From Candidatus Saccharimonadota bacterium (lineage in GTDB: Bacteria > Patescibacteriota > Saccharimonadia > Saccharimonadales > UBA4665): a DNA stretch of 64,000 nucleotides. Below, one piece after another: positions 26,012 to 37,600 of this stretch. The DNA lies in the NCBI GenBank assembly GCA_039931245.1, contig JBDTSH010000014.1:258-64257 (forward strand). The letters are read 5' to 3'. Position 1 is the first letter of the stretch; every line of letters begins with the position of its first letter. The notes beneath the pieces were generated by a model that saw only the letters and a list, made by a program, of their open reading frames with translations, made no database searches and was not told the origin of the DNA. The translations under genes and the position numbers were made by a program.

Positions 26012-27982
26012 GTGAAGACCTTCAATCTGCAGTCTAGTTTTCAACCGAGCGGCGATCAGCCCGCGGCGATTGCCCAATTGACCAAAGGTTTGCGCGACGG
26101 CCTTCGTGAGCAGACCTTATTGGGGGTGACTGGTTCCGGTAAAACCTTTACGATGGCCAATCTGATTCAAGATTTTCAGAAGCCAACCCTGATCTTGAGC
26201 CACAACAAAACTCTCGCCGCCCAATTGTATGGTGAGTTCAAAAAGTTTTTCCCCGATAACGCCGTCCACTACTTCGTCAGCTACTTTGATTATTATCAGC
26301 CGGAAGCCTACATTGCCCGGTCTGATACCTTTATTGAAAAAGACAGTCAGATTAACGAAGAGATCGACCGGCTGCGCCACGCCGCCACCGATTCACTACT
26401 GAGCCGGAAAGACGTCATTATTGTTGCCAGCGTCAGCTGTATTTACGGTATTGGGTCCAAAGAGGACTACGGCGGCATGTCGGTCGACGTCAAGCAGGGC
26501 GAGAACCGCAAACGCGACAAATTTCTGAGACATTTAACTGATATCCAGTATCAGCGCAATGACATTGATTTCCACCGCGGTACTTTTCGGGTCCGCGGCG
26601 ACGTCGTTGATATTTTTCCGGCCGGTGAGGAACTCGCCTATCGGATCGACTTTTTCGGTGATGACATTGAGCGCATCACCAAGATTGACCCGCTGACCGG
26701 CGAGATATTGGCCGTCTTGCCGGAACTGCGGATTTTTCCCTCATCGCACTACGTCACGCCGTTTGAAAAGCTCAAGTTGACGCTCGTCAAGATCGAACAG
26801 GAGCTGCAAGTACGTCTGGCGGAATTTCGGGCCCAAGGTAAATTACTCGAAGCCCAACGGTTGGAACAACGGACGCGCTTCGATTTGGAGATGCTTGAGG
26901 AAACCGGCTTCGTGAAGGGTATCGAGAACTACAGTCGCTACTTGACGAATCGCGAACCGGGCGAGCAACCCGCCACGCTGATGGATTATTTTCCCGACGA
27001 TTATCTATTACTCGTCGACGAATCGCATATGAGCATGCCCCAGGTCCGCGGCATGTACAACGGTGACCGGGCCCGCAAAGAAACTCTCGTCGAGCATGGT
27101 TTTCGGTTGCCGAGTGCGCTCGATAATCGTCCACTGACGTTTGTGGAGTTTGAGCGCCACATCAATCAGGTGGTCTATGTTTCGGCGACGCCGGCCGAAT
27201 ATGAATTGAGCCGTTCGCCGGCCCCGGCTGAACAGGTCATTCGGCCAACCGGACTACTCGACCCACCGATAGAAATCCGCCCCGTCACCGGACAAGTCGA
27301 CGATCTACTGGCCGAAATCCGCGCCACCATTGCCAAGCACGAACGGGTCCTCGTCACGACACTGACCAAGCGCATGAGCGAAGATCTGGCCGAGTACCTC
27401 CAGGAGCTCAATATCAAGGTGGCCTACCTGCATAGTGACGTCGACACGCTCGATCGCACTGATATCTTGCGTGACCTGCGCCTCGGCGTCTACGACGTAC
27501 TGGTCGGCATCAACCTGCTGCGTGAAGGCCTGGACTTGCCGGAAGTATCACTAGTGGCAATTCTCGATGCCGACAAAGAGGGTTTTTTGCGGAGTGAGCA
27601 GGCCTTAATCCAGACCGTCGGCCGGGCCGCCCGCCACATCGATGGCCACGTCATTATGTATGCCGACCATATGACCAAAAGCATGCAAAAAACCATTGAC
27701 GAAACGAGCCGGCGCCATAAAATCCAAAAAGCCTATAACGCCGAGCACGGCATAACGCCCACCGGCATCAACCGGGGCATTGAAGCGGGCATGCGCCCGG
27801 ATATGCCCGAAGAGGCCAAACGGGCCCGGCTCGATCTCAAAAAGATACCTAAGGACGAATATAAGTCGCTGGTCCGTGACTTGACCGGCCAGATGGAACT
27901 GGCCAGCGCCAACTTGCAATTCGAAACGGCGGCCGAGCTCCGCGACTTGATTAACGATATCGAAGCAAAAATGACGACTTAA
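26012..27982 (+). CDS. uvrB: Excinuclease ABC subunit B
   Basis: [10 protein letters not shown] Walker A, DESH box, [10 protein letters not shown]-terminal UVR motif (FETAAELRD). Confidence 0.95.
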   Translation: MKTFNLQSSFQPSGDQPAAIAQLTKGLRDGLREQTLLGVTGSGKTFTMANLIQDFQKPTLILSHNKTLAAQLYGEFKKFFPDNAVHYFVSYFDYYQPEAYIARSDTFIEKDSQINEEIDRLRHAATDSLLSRKDVIIVASVSCIYGIGSKEDYGGMSVDVKQGENRKRDKFLRHLTDIQYQRNDIDFHRGTFRVRGDVVDIFPAGEELAYRIDFFGDDIERITKIDPLTGEILAVLPELRIFPSSHYVTPFEKLKLTLVKIEQELQVRLAEFRAQGKLLEAQRLEQRTRFDLEMLEETGFVKGIENYSRYLTNREPGEQPATLMDYFPDDYLLLVDESHMSMPQVRGMYNGDRARKETLVEHGFRLPSALDNRPLTFVEFERHINQVVYVSATPAEYELSRSPAPAEQVIRPTGLLDPPIEIRPVTGQVDDLLAEIRATIAKHERVLVTTLTKRMSEDLAEYLQELNIKVAYLHSDVDTLDRTDILRDLRLGVYDVLVGINLLREGLDLPEVSLVAILDADKEGFLRSEQALIQTVGRAARHIDGHVIMYADHMTKSMQKTIDETSRRHKIQKAYNAEHGITPTGINRGIEAGMRPDMPEEAKRARLDLKKIPKDEYKSLVRDLTGQMELASANLQFETAAELRDLINDIEAKMTT

Positions 27983-29037
27983 GTCGACTCGTCGCTGTAG
28001 AGACCGAGCTGACGAATTGCTTTGGCGATAGCGCGGGCCCGCTTAGCGGCCTCGCCACCCATACAATGGCCTTTGCCGTCGACGAGCTTTAAAAGTTCAT
28101 GAGACCGGGCAAAGGTTACTTCCTGCAGAAAATTTTCAAAAATTGATTCCCGGAGACAATCTTCCCGTCCTTGAATATCGTATGGCCCGCGGGCGGCCAG
28201 TTTGGCGAGGAGTTCTTTTGAGGTGCCGCCGAGTAATGACAAGCCGAGCCGAGAAATGACCGCCAAGTCACTGGCCGGGGGCAGGGAATGGTAATTGTCG
28301 TAGATGAAGTGGGCCGCCTGGCGCGGTGAGCTCTGTTGCGCCACTTCCGCCACCGCTCCAAGCAACAGGTGGCCCGGCAGGTGAGTGAACATATGCAGGC
28401 GGGCCTGCCACGATGAAACGAGGCACGGTTCGTAGAGAACGCGGCCCACAATATCAATCGGCTGGCCCTCGGCATCGTTGATTTCATCCATTCGGGCGAG
28501 AATGGCCGCACTCATTGAAGTGGCGACGATGACCAGGCGACGGCCGTCGTAGAGCGGCGCCAAGACATTAAATGTTTCTTGGGCGGCGAGATCGAGGGTG
28601 TGACCGCCGAGGGAGCGCAAGGCCCGCCGCGGTAAGGTGCTGTCGGTGCCGTAGGTGGCGTGGGTATCGATGACGGCCTCCGGCAGTTGATGACTCAAAT
28701 ACTGCTGGGTCTGGCGCAGGATAGTGCCGTTGATCGTTTCGGTCCAGCCGGGCAAATTGGCCACCACCAGGGCAGCTGGGTTGGCGCTGGAGGCTTCGGT
28801 GTGCAACATCTGGTGATGGCGGCGGCCAGCCAGGCCGATGCGCTGTGCTTCGTGAATCTTCACGATACCGTCAGTGACCGAATGCCAGCTGGCCAGTACT
28901 TCCGGCTGGAAATCCGCCGGCGGGAGCACCGCCGCTGATTCCGGCCTGACGGCAGGATAATCGAAAGAAGGCCGATTCTCGGGCTGCCGGAGTAAGGGCG
29001 GGGCGACTTGGGGTGCGCACTCGGTGGTAATTGTCAT
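27979..29037 (-). CDS. Hypothetical protein (352 aa), possibly an alpha/beta-hydrolase fold
   Basis: [12 protein letters not shown] resembles a nucleophile elbow (small-x-S-x-small) and there is a late GKGHCM His. This is weak pattern evidence only. Confidence 0.5.
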   Translation of the reverse strand: MTITTECAPQVAPPLLRQPENRPSFDYPAVRPESAAVLPPADFQPEVLASWHSVTDGIVKIHEAQRIGLAGRRHHQMLHTEASSANPAALVVANLPGWTETINGTILRQTQQYLSHQLPEAVIDTHATYGTDSTLPRRALRSLGGHTLDLAAQETFNVLAPLYDGRRLVIVATSMSAAILARMDEINDAEGQPIDIVGRVLYEPCLVSSWQARLHMFTHLPGHLLLGAVAEVAQQSSPRQAAHFIYDNYHSLPPASDLAVISRLGLSLLGGTSKELLAKLAARGPYDIQGREDCLRESIFENFLQEVTFARSHELLKLVDGKGHCMGGEAAKRARAIAKAIRQLGLYSDEST

Positions 29038-29166
29038 GTTTATTGCTAATTATTCGTTGCTAGGTGGATCATTTTTTATCATAGTCTTGTCGTGGCCGGA
29101 TTGTAAAGCACAAGTATAGTAGACATTAAATAACAGGGCCAAGCGTTCAACAAAAGCTCCAAGGTC

Positions 29167-29175
29167 TGTTACAAT
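29167..29175 (+). promoter_or_regulatory. Extended -10 element TGtTACAAT upstream of gatC
   Basis: TGTTACAAT at 29167-29175, 11 nt before ATG 29187. Confidence 0.4.
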
Positions 29176-29186
29176 CGTAGATAACG

Positions 29187-29480
29187 ATGGCGAAACTTTC
29201 CCGCGAGGATATCTTAAAATTGGCCCGATTGGCGCGACTCGAATTGAGCGAGGCTGAAATTATCGAGTATGGTGACGAGCTGAGCGAGATTATTCAGTAC
29301 GTTGATCAATTGCAGGCGGTCGACGTGCAGGGTCTCTCAGCGACCAACCACGTGACCGGTCTCGTCAACGTCCAGCGCGAAGACGTCATAGTCGACTATG
29401 GCTATAGCCCGGCCGATCTGCTGGCCAATGTCCCGACGGTCCAAGCCAATAGTATTAAGGTTCGGCGGATGCTCGGATGA
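29187..29480 (+). CDS. gatC: Asp/Glu-tRNA amidotransferase subunit C
   Basis: 97 aa with LARLARLELSEAE and the VD..GL..T motif. ATGA overlap with gatA. Confidence 0.9.
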   Translation: MAKLSREDILKLARLARLELSEAEIIEYGDELSEIIQYVDQLQAVDVQGLSATNHVTGLVNVQREDVIVDYGYSPADLLANVPTVQANSIKVRRMLG

Positions 29481-30901
29481 GTCAATGGCCGTCCCTGGCG
29501 GCAATCGCGAAAAGTGTCCAGTCGGGGCAGGTCAGCGCCGTCGCTTTGGTTGAACAGGCTTTACGCACCATTCATGACCAGCAAGAATTTAACGCCATTA
29601 TTGCCATCTTGCCCGATCGGGCCCGGGCCCGGGCCACCGAGATAGACGCCCGCGTCAAGGCCGGCGATTCGGTCGGTCGCCTGGCCGGTGTGCCCTTTAT
29701 TGCCAAAGACAATTTCTTAGTATTCGGGGCCGATACGACAGCCGCCAGTAACATCCTGAAAGGTTTTAAGGCCCCTTACCAAGCCGTGGCCGTCGAGAAA
29801 TTGGAAGCCGAGGGAGCGATTTGTGTCGCCAAAGCTAATCTCGATGCCTTTGCCCACGGGGCCAGTACCGAGAACAGTGATTTTGGAGTGACCCTCAACC
29901 CGCACGATAAAAGTCGGGTGCCTGGTGGATCATCGGGTGGTTCCGCTGCCGCGGTCGTGCTCGATATGGCCCCCTTTGCGCTCGGTACCGATACCGGTGG
30001 TTCGGTTCGTCAGCCGGCCAGTTTTGTCGGTTGTGTCGGCTACAAGCCGACGTATGGGTTGATCTCCCGGTCAGGTGTCGTTGCCATGGCCAGCAGTACC
30101 GATGTGATCGGAGCGCTCGCCCGGTCAACTACCGACATTGCCCTGATCGTCGATGTCCTGGCCGGTCGCGATGATCTCGACGCGACGACAATCGAAGCCG
30201 ATCCGGCCGGCTACCTTAATGTGGCGGGCGATGTCCGTGGCAAGAAAGTCGGTCTGATCAAAGAGTATTTCGGGCACGGCGCCGACCCGGCCGTCGAGCA
30301 GCTAATTCGGGACTCGGCTGACAAGCTGAAGGCCTTGGGGGTCGAGATCGTTGAGGTCAGCTTGCCGTCACTGGCGGTTGCCTTGGCGGTGTATTACGTC
30401 TTATGCCCGGCCGAAGTCAGTAGTAACTTGAGTCGCTACGACGGCCAGCGCTTCGGCTATAGCCACACGGCGGCTACTAGCCTGGAGCAGAGCTACCTGC
30501 AGTCGCGCGGCATTGGCTTTGGCAAAGAAGCCAAACGGCGCATCATGATCGGGACCTATGTCCTCAGCAGCGGTTACTATGACGCCTACTACAAGAAAGC
30601 TCAGATTGTCCGCACCAAACTTATTAATGAGTTTACAGCCGCTTTTGCCGACGTCGATTTTCTACTCGGACCGGTTTCGCCGACGACGGCCTTTAAGATC
30701 GGTGAAAATAGCAGCGACCCTCTGCAGATGTATCTGGCCGACGTCATGACCGTGGCGGCCAACTTGGTCGGTGTCCCCGCTATTAGCGTGCCGGCCGGGC
30801 TGGTGGCTGGCCTGCCAGTCGGTCTCCAGCTGATGGCGCCGCAACGGGCTGACGCCCAGCTTTTGGCACTGGCCGCCCAAGCCGAGGCGCTGCTGGTATG
30901 A
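29477..30901 (+). CDS. gatA: Asp/Glu-tRNA amidotransferase subunit A
   Basis: Amidase signature GGSSGGSAAAV and GTDTGGSVRQPA. Confidence 0.95.
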   Translation: MSQWPSLAAIAKSVQSGQVSAVALVEQALRTIHDQQEFNAIIAILPDRARARATEIDARVKAGDSVGRLAGVPFIAKDNFLVFGADTTAASNILKGFKAPYQAVAVEKLEAEGAICVAKANLDAFAHGASTENSDFGVTLNPHDKSRVPGGSSGGSAAAVVLDMAPFALGTDTGGSVRQPASFVGCVGYKPTYGLISRSGVVAMASSTDVIGALARSTTDIALIVDVLAGRDDLDATTIEADPAGYLNVAGDVRGKKVGLIKEYFGHGADPAVEQLIRDSADKLKALGVEIVEVSLPSLAVALAVYYVLCPAEVSSNLSRYDGQRFGYSHTAATSLEQSYLQSRGIGFGKEAKRRIMIGTYVLSSGYYDAYYKKAQIVRTKLINEFTAAFADVDFLLGPVSPTTAFKIGENSSDPLQMYLADVMTVAANLVGVPAISVPAGLVAGLPVGLQLMAPQRADAQLLALAAQAEALLV

Positions 30902-31380
30902 ATCAATATCTAATCTATATCCTAATTGGCTTAGTAGTTATCGCGCCCTTTCTGACCGTCTGGCTGCGCCGCCGCCCCCGTAAGCTCAATGCCGCTCTCG
31001 CTATGGAACGCTGGCTGGCTCTGCAGAAGAATTGTGCCGATAAAAATAACTGGCCGTTGGCCGTTCTCGAAGCCGACAAACTACTCGACGATACGTTGAA
31101 GCGCTTGCGCTATAAAGGCAAGTCGAACGGCGAACGTCTCGTCGCTGCCCAGCACAAACTGTCCAATAATGAGAGCGTCTGGTTTGGCCATAAGCTCACC
31201 AATAAAATTAGAGATAATGACCTGAAAAAAATCGGTAAATTGGATACGCTCGAAGCGCTGAGTGGCTTTCGCCAAGCCCTCAAAGATCTCGGTGCCCTGG
31301 CTGAAAAACACCCGCCCGCCGCGACCGATGCAACTATCGATAAACCCAAAAAAACGACCAGTCGGGGGAAAAAGAAATGA
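30898..31380 (+). CDS. Single-TM membrane-anchored protein (160 aa) inserted between gatA and gatB
   Basis: ATGA overlaps at both ends. N-terminal helix LIYILIGLVVIAPFLTVWL, then a helical soluble part and a Lys-rich tail. Confidence 0.6.
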   Translation: MNQYLIYILIGLVVIAPFLTVWLRRRPRKLNAALAMERWLALQKNCADKNNWPLAVLEADKLLDDTLKRLRYKGKSNGERLVAAQHKLSNNESVWFGHKLTNKIRDNDLKKIGKLDTLEALSGFRQALKDLGALAEKHPPAATDATIDKPKKTTSRGKKK

Positions 31381-32846
31381 GTGATGCCGCGAGCAAAACT
31401 GCCTACCTGACGACGATCGGCATTGAGTGCCATGTTCAGCTTAAAACAAAGACGAAACTGTTTTCGGCCGTTGGGAATGATGCTCGCGAAGCCCCCGTTA
31501 ACACCCTCGTCAGCCATATCGATTTTGGCATGCCCGGCGCCCTGCCGGTTTTGAACAAAGCGGCCGTCTACCTGGCGGTAAAAGCGGCCTTCGCCCTCGG
31601 TACGACCCCCGAACGCTTTAGCAAGTTCGACCGTAAGCACTATTTTTATCCCGATTTACCCAAAGGCTACCAGATAACCCAGTTCGACGAACCCATCATC
31701 GGAAAAGGGGAACTGACGATTGACGTCGATGGTGTGACAAAAACCATCGGGATTACCCGCGCCCACATGGAAGAAGACGCCGGCAAAAGTACCCACCCGG
31801 CCGGCCAAGATTACAGTCTGGTTGACCTCAATCGGGCCGGTACACCCTTGCTGGAGATTGTCAGTGAGCCCGATATGCATAGTGCGGCCGAAGCCAAAGC
31901 CTATGCCCACGAACTGTATTTACGGATGCGTTACGCCGATGTTTCGGAAGCCAACTTGTTTTATGGCAATATGCGCTTTGACGTCAACGTCAGTGTCAGT
32001 CAGACCAGTCAACTCGGCACCCGGACGGAAACTAAAAATATCAACAGTTTTCGGGCCGTCGAAAAATCGGTGGAGTATGAAGTCGCCCGTCAGATCGAAG
32101 TATTGGAAAAAGGCGGCACCATCGTCCAAGAAACTCGTGGCTGGGACGATACCAAGCAACGGACCTTCAGTCAGCGCAGTAAAGAGAACGCCGACGATTA
32201 CCGTTACATGCCCGATCCCGATTTGCCGCCGATTGTGCTCGACGAGGCCTACATCGCCGCAATTGAGGCCGCCATGCCAGTAATGCCCGACGAGTGGCGC
32301 GCCCGCTTAAGCTCCCTCGGCATGGATAGATTGCATACTGAAACATTACTCGATGCCCATATCGAGATTGAAGACGCCCGGTACTTAAACTTAGTCGAGG
32401 AAGTCATCACCCACAAAGAGCTCGCCCGCCATGTCGTCAACTGGATAGTCAACGTCGATGTGCCCTTTGTCCGGGGTAGCACTAAGGTTGCGACGGGCAT
32501 TGATCGCCGGCAGCTCTATCAACAATTGTTCGCCCTCGTCGCCGCGAATAAGCTCAGTTCGACGAATGCCAAGTTAGTAATTACCGAAATTTTGACGTTG
32601 GGAATTGTTCCCCCGGACGTCGAAGCCTACGCCCAAGCCCACGGCCACATTCAGGAATCCGACGAATCAACGATCAACGAAATTGTCAGCCAGGTGCTGG
32701 CCGCCAACCCCAAAGCCGCCGAGGACGTGCGGGGCGGCGAAATGAAAGCGATTGGTTTTTTGGTCGGACAGGTCATGAAAGCTTCCCAGGGCACGGCGAA
32801 CCCAGGGCTCGCCCAGCGGCTCATCAAGCAACAGCTGATACAATAA
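31377..32846 (+). CDS. gatB: Asp/Glu-tRNA amidotransferase subunit B
   Basis: IGIECHVQL, DRKHYFYPDLPKGYQITQ, HMEEDAGK, C-terminal GatB/YqeY domain. Confidence 0.95.
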   Translation: MSDAASKTAYLTTIGIECHVQLKTKTKLFSAVGNDAREAPVNTLVSHIDFGMPGALPVLNKAAVYLAVKAAFALGTTPERFSKFDRKHYFYPDLPKGYQITQFDEPIIGKGELTIDVDGVTKTIGITRAHMEEDAGKSTHPAGQDYSLVDLNRAGTPLLEIVSEPDMHSAAEAKAYAHELYLRMRYADVSEANLFYGNMRFDVNVSVSQTSQLGTRTETKNINSFRAVEKSVEYEVARQIEVLEKGGTIVQETRGWDDTKQRTFSQRSKENADDYRYMPDPDLPPIVLDEAYIAAIEAAMPVMPDEWRARLSSLGMDRLHTETLLDAHIEIEDARYLNLVEEVITHKELARHVVNWIVNVDVPFVRGSTKVATGIDRRQLYQQLFALVAANKLSSTNAKLVITEILTLGIVPPDVEAYAQAHGHIQESDESTINEIVSQVLAANPKAAEDVRGGEMKAIGFLVGQVMKASQGTANPGLAQRLIKQQLIQ

Positions 32847-32941
32847 GCCGAGCCCCGCTCAGCGCGGCCGTCTGGAGTAGACTAGACGAGTACCCGCCGA
32901 GGCCCCGACTATGGCCCCCACCTAAACTTAAGGAGACGATT

Positions 32942-33838
32942 ATGCCTGCTCACCAACCCATTACCAAAGCCGTCATCGCCGCTGCGGGCTTCGGGACTCG
33001 TTTTTTACCGCAGACGAAAGCCATGCCGAAAGAGATGCTGCCGTTGATCGATAAACCGATCATCCAGTACGTTGTCGAAGAGCTGGTCGAGGCCGGCATT
33101 AAAGACATCATTATCATCAGCGGTTCGAATAAGCGCAGCATTGAGGACCACTTTGACACCCCGAACCAGGGTTTGGTCGCCAACCTGAGGGCCGGCGGTC
33201 CCGCCAAGGAATCGCTTTTGAAAGAAGTCGAAGCCATTTCCGACATGGCCAACTTTATCTACATTCGCCAGAAAGGGCCCTACGGCAACGCCACCCCGGT
33301 GGCCTGTGCCGCCCACTTGCTCGGTGATGAACCGTTTATTTATACCTACGCCGACGATTTTTTTGCGGCTAGCCCGGGACGAACTCAGCAGCTAATTGAC
33401 GCTTACCATAAATACGGCGGCTCGATCCTCGCGTGTAAGCGGGCCGAATCGGACGCCGATTATGACCGCTATGGCTTTGCAGGCGGTAGCCAGTTAGGCC
33501 AAGGTATCATGAAGGTGGAGAAGATTGTTGAGAAGCCCGGCAAAGCGGCCGCCCCATCGGCCATCGCCAGTGTCAGCGGCTACCTATTGACGCCCGATAT
33601 CTTTCCCTACATTGAGGCCGCTATGGTGAACCACTGCGACCGTGAGCTGATGATCCAGCCAATTATGCAGGCCATGATTGACGATGGCTTGAATTTTCAT
33701 GCCTGTGAAATTCAAAATGGCAGCTACTATGACACGGGTGATAAGCTCGAGTATCTAAAAACGGCCGTCGCTTTTGCCCTCGAACGACAGGATATTGGCC
33801 CCGAGCTATTGCAATTCCTGCGAAAAAAACTACAGTAG
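32942..33838 (+). CDS. galU: UTP--glucose-1-phosphate uridylyltransferase
   Basis: AAGFGTRFLPQTKAMPKEMLP and VEKP blocks. AAGGAG Shine-Dalgarno upstream. Confidence 0.9.
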   Translation: MPAHQPITKAVIAAAGFGTRFLPQTKAMPKEMLPLIDKPIIQYVVEELVEAGIKDIIIISGSNKRSIEDHFDTPNQGLVANLRAGGPAKESLLKEVEAISDMANFIYIRQKGPYGNATPVACAAHLLGDEPFIYTYADDFFAASPGRTQQLIDAYHKYGGSILACKRAESDADYDRYGFAGGSQLGQGIMKVEKIVEKPGKAAAPSAIASVSGYLLTPDIFPYIEAAMVNHCDRELMIQPIMQAMIDDGLNFHACEIQNGSYYDTGDKLEYLKTAVAFALERQDIGPELLQFLRKKLQ

Positions 33839-33868
33839 AAAGTATTATTAAGCGGTAAAGTACCTATT

Positions 33869-34117
33869 ATGACTACGACTGAAACTGTTCTTCTCATCAT
33901 CCTGTCCGTTTTTCTGGCCATATTTTTGTCTTTGGCGATTGCCGCGGCTGTCATCGCTATTCGTCTGTTGCGCGAAGCCAAAAAAATCGTCATCAAAGCG
34001 GAGAGTGTCGTCGAAACGGTCGAATCGGCCGCCACCACGGTGAAGAATGCTTCCGGGCCAATCGCCAGCCTACGTGTCCTCAAGAATTTAATTGACTTAA
34101 TACCGCGCAAAAAATAA
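33869..34117 (+). CDS. Small single-TM protein, DUF948 (YtxG)-like
   Basis: N-terminal TM helix followed by an amphipathic helical region. It lies immediately upstream of a YtxH-like gene, as in the B. subtilis ytxGH arrangement. The family call is tentative. Confidence 0.45.
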   Translation: MTTTETVLLIILSVFLAIFLSLAIAAAVIAIRLLREAKKIVIKAESVVETVESAATTVKNASGPIASLRVLKNLIDLIPRKK

Positions 34118-34128
34118 GGAGTATCATC

Positions 34129-34530
34129 ATGGGAAAACTTACTAAAAATATCGCCGTCGGCGCCGCCCTAGCCGGAGCTGCCGGTTACTTGGCCGGCCTA
34201 TTAACCGCCCCGAAGAGCGGGAAAGAAACCCGCCAAGAGTTGAGAGATAACGGAGTGAACACCAAGCAGGAAGTCGACAAACAGCTGACGGCTCTGCACC
34301 TCGAGCTCGGCAAACTGATTGACGACACTAAAGGTAAAGGCGATGACCTGACCAGTAAAGCCCAAACTGAACTTAAAAAATTAGCCGAAGCCGCCAAAGA
34401 TAGCAAAGAGAAGCTCGCGACCGTCATGACCGCTATCCACGAGGGTGAAGCGAGCGACAAAGATCTCGACCGGGCACTGGTTGACGCCAAGCACGCCATC
34501 GACCACATCAAAGCGTACCTCAAAAAATAG
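34129..34530 (+). CDS. YtxH domain-containing protein
   Basis: GAALAGAAGYLAGLLTAPKSGKETRQELRD N-terminus typical of YtxH, then a coiled-coil region. AAGGAG Shine-Dalgarno upstream. Confidence 0.75.
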   Translation: MGKLTKNIAVGAALAGAAGYLAGLLTAPKSGKETRQELRDNGVNTKQEVDKQLTALHLELGKLIDDTKGKGDDLTSKAQTELKKLAEAAKDSKEKLATVMTAIHEGEASDKDLDRALVDAKHAIDHIKAYLKK

Positions 34531-34669
34531 TGAGCCCGCCCAGCGGGACTCCTTCCGGTCGGTGGATTTGATGGAATTTTTAGGTCGTTGTAAAAGCTGA
34601 CGTTTCTTAGCATAAGCTGTCGCAACGCGCTATAATTTTAGCTATAAGTTAAGCCCTTGGGGGGTAGAC

Positions 34670-37600
34670 GTGGCGTCGACGACACCGGCATTGACCGCAG
34701 CTGATTACGTTCATCTGCACAACCATACTCAATATAGTTTGCTCGACGGCCTGACGAAAGTGCCGGCGCTGGTGGAGCACATTAAAGCCAGCGGTATGCC
34801 GGCGGTGGCCGTGACCGACCACGGCACGCTGAGCGGTATTATCGAATTTTATAAAGTCGCCCATGCCCAGGGGGTCAAACCGATTCTCGGCATGGAAGCC
34901 TACGTCGCCCCGCGCGCCCGGACCGACCGTGACCCCAGTAAGGACAAAGCCTACTATCACCTGGTCATTCTGGCAATGAATAATCAGGGCTATCAAAATT
35001 TAATGCGTCTGTCGAGCATGGCGAATCTCGAGGGTTTTTACTATAAGCCGCGGATAGACCACGAAATTCTCGCACAATACAACGAAGGTTTAATTATTTT
35101 GAGTGGCTGCATCGGCGGTGAGATTGGTGACAGCCTGCGCAACGAACAGTATGACCAGGCCAAAGCGACGGCCACGTGGTACAAAAAAATCTTCGGCGAC
35201 CGCTACTACTTGGAGGTGCAAGATCATGGCCACCCCGACCACCCGAGCAAATGGGATGAGCAGGTGGCCGTGACGAAACTGACCCTCCAACTCGCCCGGG
35301 AGCTCGATATCCCCTGCGTCGTAACATGTGACGCCCACTATTTAGAACACAAAGACCAGATTGCCCATGAGATCCTGCTCTGTGTCCAAACTGGGGCATT
35401 TTTGAGTGATGAAAAACGGATGAGTTTGAGCCAGTTTGAATTGCACGTCACCGATCCGGCCGAAATTATCGCCCGCTGGGGCACCGACTACCCGGACATG
35501 ATTACCAATACCCGCGATATCGCCAGTCGTTGCGACGTGACTATCGAACTAGGGCGAATCCTGATTCCTAAATTTCCCGTGCCCCAGGGTGAGAATGAGA
35601 AAACTTATCTCGATAAACTTGTCTACCGCGGACTGGCCTGGCGCTATGGCAATCTGAGCGAGGCCGCGGCCAACGAACTATCGATTGAGCAGGCCAAGAC
35701 GCATCTGCCGGCCAATGTCGCCACGCGGACAACCTACGAACTCGGAATTATCGACCAGATGGGCTTTAACGGCTACTTCTTAATCGTCTCGGACTTTATC
35801 GGTTGGGGCAAGAATGAGGGCATCGTCTTTGGTCCCGGTCGCGGCAGCGCCGCCGGCTCGATAATTGCCTACGCCCTCAAAATTACCGAACTCGACCCCC
35901 TTAAATACGACCTGCTGTTTGAACGCTTCTTGAATCCCGACCGTATCAGCATGCCGGATGTCGATATTGATATTCAGGATACCCGGCGTAACGAGGTTAT
36001 TCAGTACTGCGTCCAGAAGTACGGCACCGAACGGGTCGCGAACATCGCCACGTTTGGCCGGATGGCGGCCCGCAACGCCGTCCGCGACGTCGCCCGCGTT
36101 CTCCAAGTGCCCTACGCTGACGCCGATCGTTTGGCCAAAATGATTCCCCAGCCCGTCCAAGGCCACCATATCCCGCTCGCCAACTCGCTCCAAGACGATC
36201 ACGACTTAAAGCGCGAATATGAAACCAACGAGATTTCTAAAAAAGTGTTTGATCTGGCGCTCCAGCTGGAAGGTACGATTCGCTCCCACGGCATCCACGC
36301 CGCCGGTGTCGTGATTGCGCCCGATGATATCGTCAAGTTCGTGCCGCTCGAAATGGCTCAAAAAGGCGTCGTCGCCACCCAGTTCCCGATGGGGCCAATC
36401 GAAGAGCTTGGCTTACTTAAGATGGACTTTTTAGGGTTGTCTAACTTAACTATTATCAAGAACGCCCTGCGTATCATTAAGCGGGTCTATGACACGGACA
36501 TCGACATTAACACTATCCCCTTGGACGACGCTGCGACCTACGCCCTCTTCCAGCGGGGCGATACGACGGGCGTCTTCCAACTCGAATCGGCCGGCATGAA
36601 ACGCTATTTACGCGATCTCAAGCCGACGACCTTTGAAGACATTGTGGCCATGGTGGCGCTGTACCGGCCGGGGCCGATGCAGTTTATTGATGAGTTTATC
36701 GGCCGCAAACATGGTGAAAAACGGATTATCTATCCGCACCCCAGCATGGAAAACTCACTCAAAAACACCTACGGGGTCCTCGTCTATCAAGAACAGGTTA
36801 TGCAAATCAGTAAAGAGGTCTGCGGCCTGACTGGCGGCGAGGCCGACACGCTGCGGAAAGCGATCAGTAAAAAGAAAATTGATATCATGCGCAAAATGAA
36901 AGTCCGTATGATCGAAGGGGCCAAACGCGTCTCCGGTATCGAGCCGGACGTTATGGAAAAATTCTGGAAACAACTCGAGGATTTTGCCGCCTACTGCTTC
37001 AATAAGAGCCACGCGGCCTGCTATGGCTTGATTTCCTACCAAACGGCCTATCTGAAAGCCCATTACCCGGCGGCCTACATGGCGGCCCTGATGACGAGCG
37101 ACTACGACGACACCGATCGCTTGGCGATCGAGATTACCGAGTGCAAGCACATGGGCATCACCGTGCTACCGCCCGACGTCAACGAATCGTATCTCGAGTT
37201 TGCCGTCGTGCCGGAATCAAATCAAATTCGTTTCGGTATGTTGGCCATCAAGAACGTTGGCTCCGGAGCCGTTGAAGAAATCTTGCGGGCCCGGGCCGCC
37301 AGTCAATTTAGCTCACTCGAAGATTTTTTGACCCGGGTTAATTACCGGGTCGTGAATCGTAAAGCGATGGAAAGCCTTATCAAATCGGGTGCTTTCGATC
37401 GTTATACCGATCGTTCGACGCTACTCCATAACCTCGATACCGTGATGGCTTTCGCTAATCGGGTACAGAAACAAGCCAGTAGCGGCCAGACTGACCTGTT
37501 TGGTAACTCGACTGACCTTTCGGCAGAGCGCCCCAAGCTGGAACTGCCGCCCCCGGCTGCCGCCACTGATATCCACGAACAGCTCGTGTGGGAACGCGAA

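Noticed and set aside
34629-34650. Direct repeat GCTATAA-N5-GCTATAA upstream of dnaE, considered as a possible SOS/LexA-type operator. Also checked upstream of uvrB, radA and recG.
   Set aside because: It does not resemble the GAAC-N4-GTTC or CTGT-N8-ACAG LexA boxes. It is most simply two overlapping candidate -10 boxes. No shared motif was seen upstream of the four repair genes.
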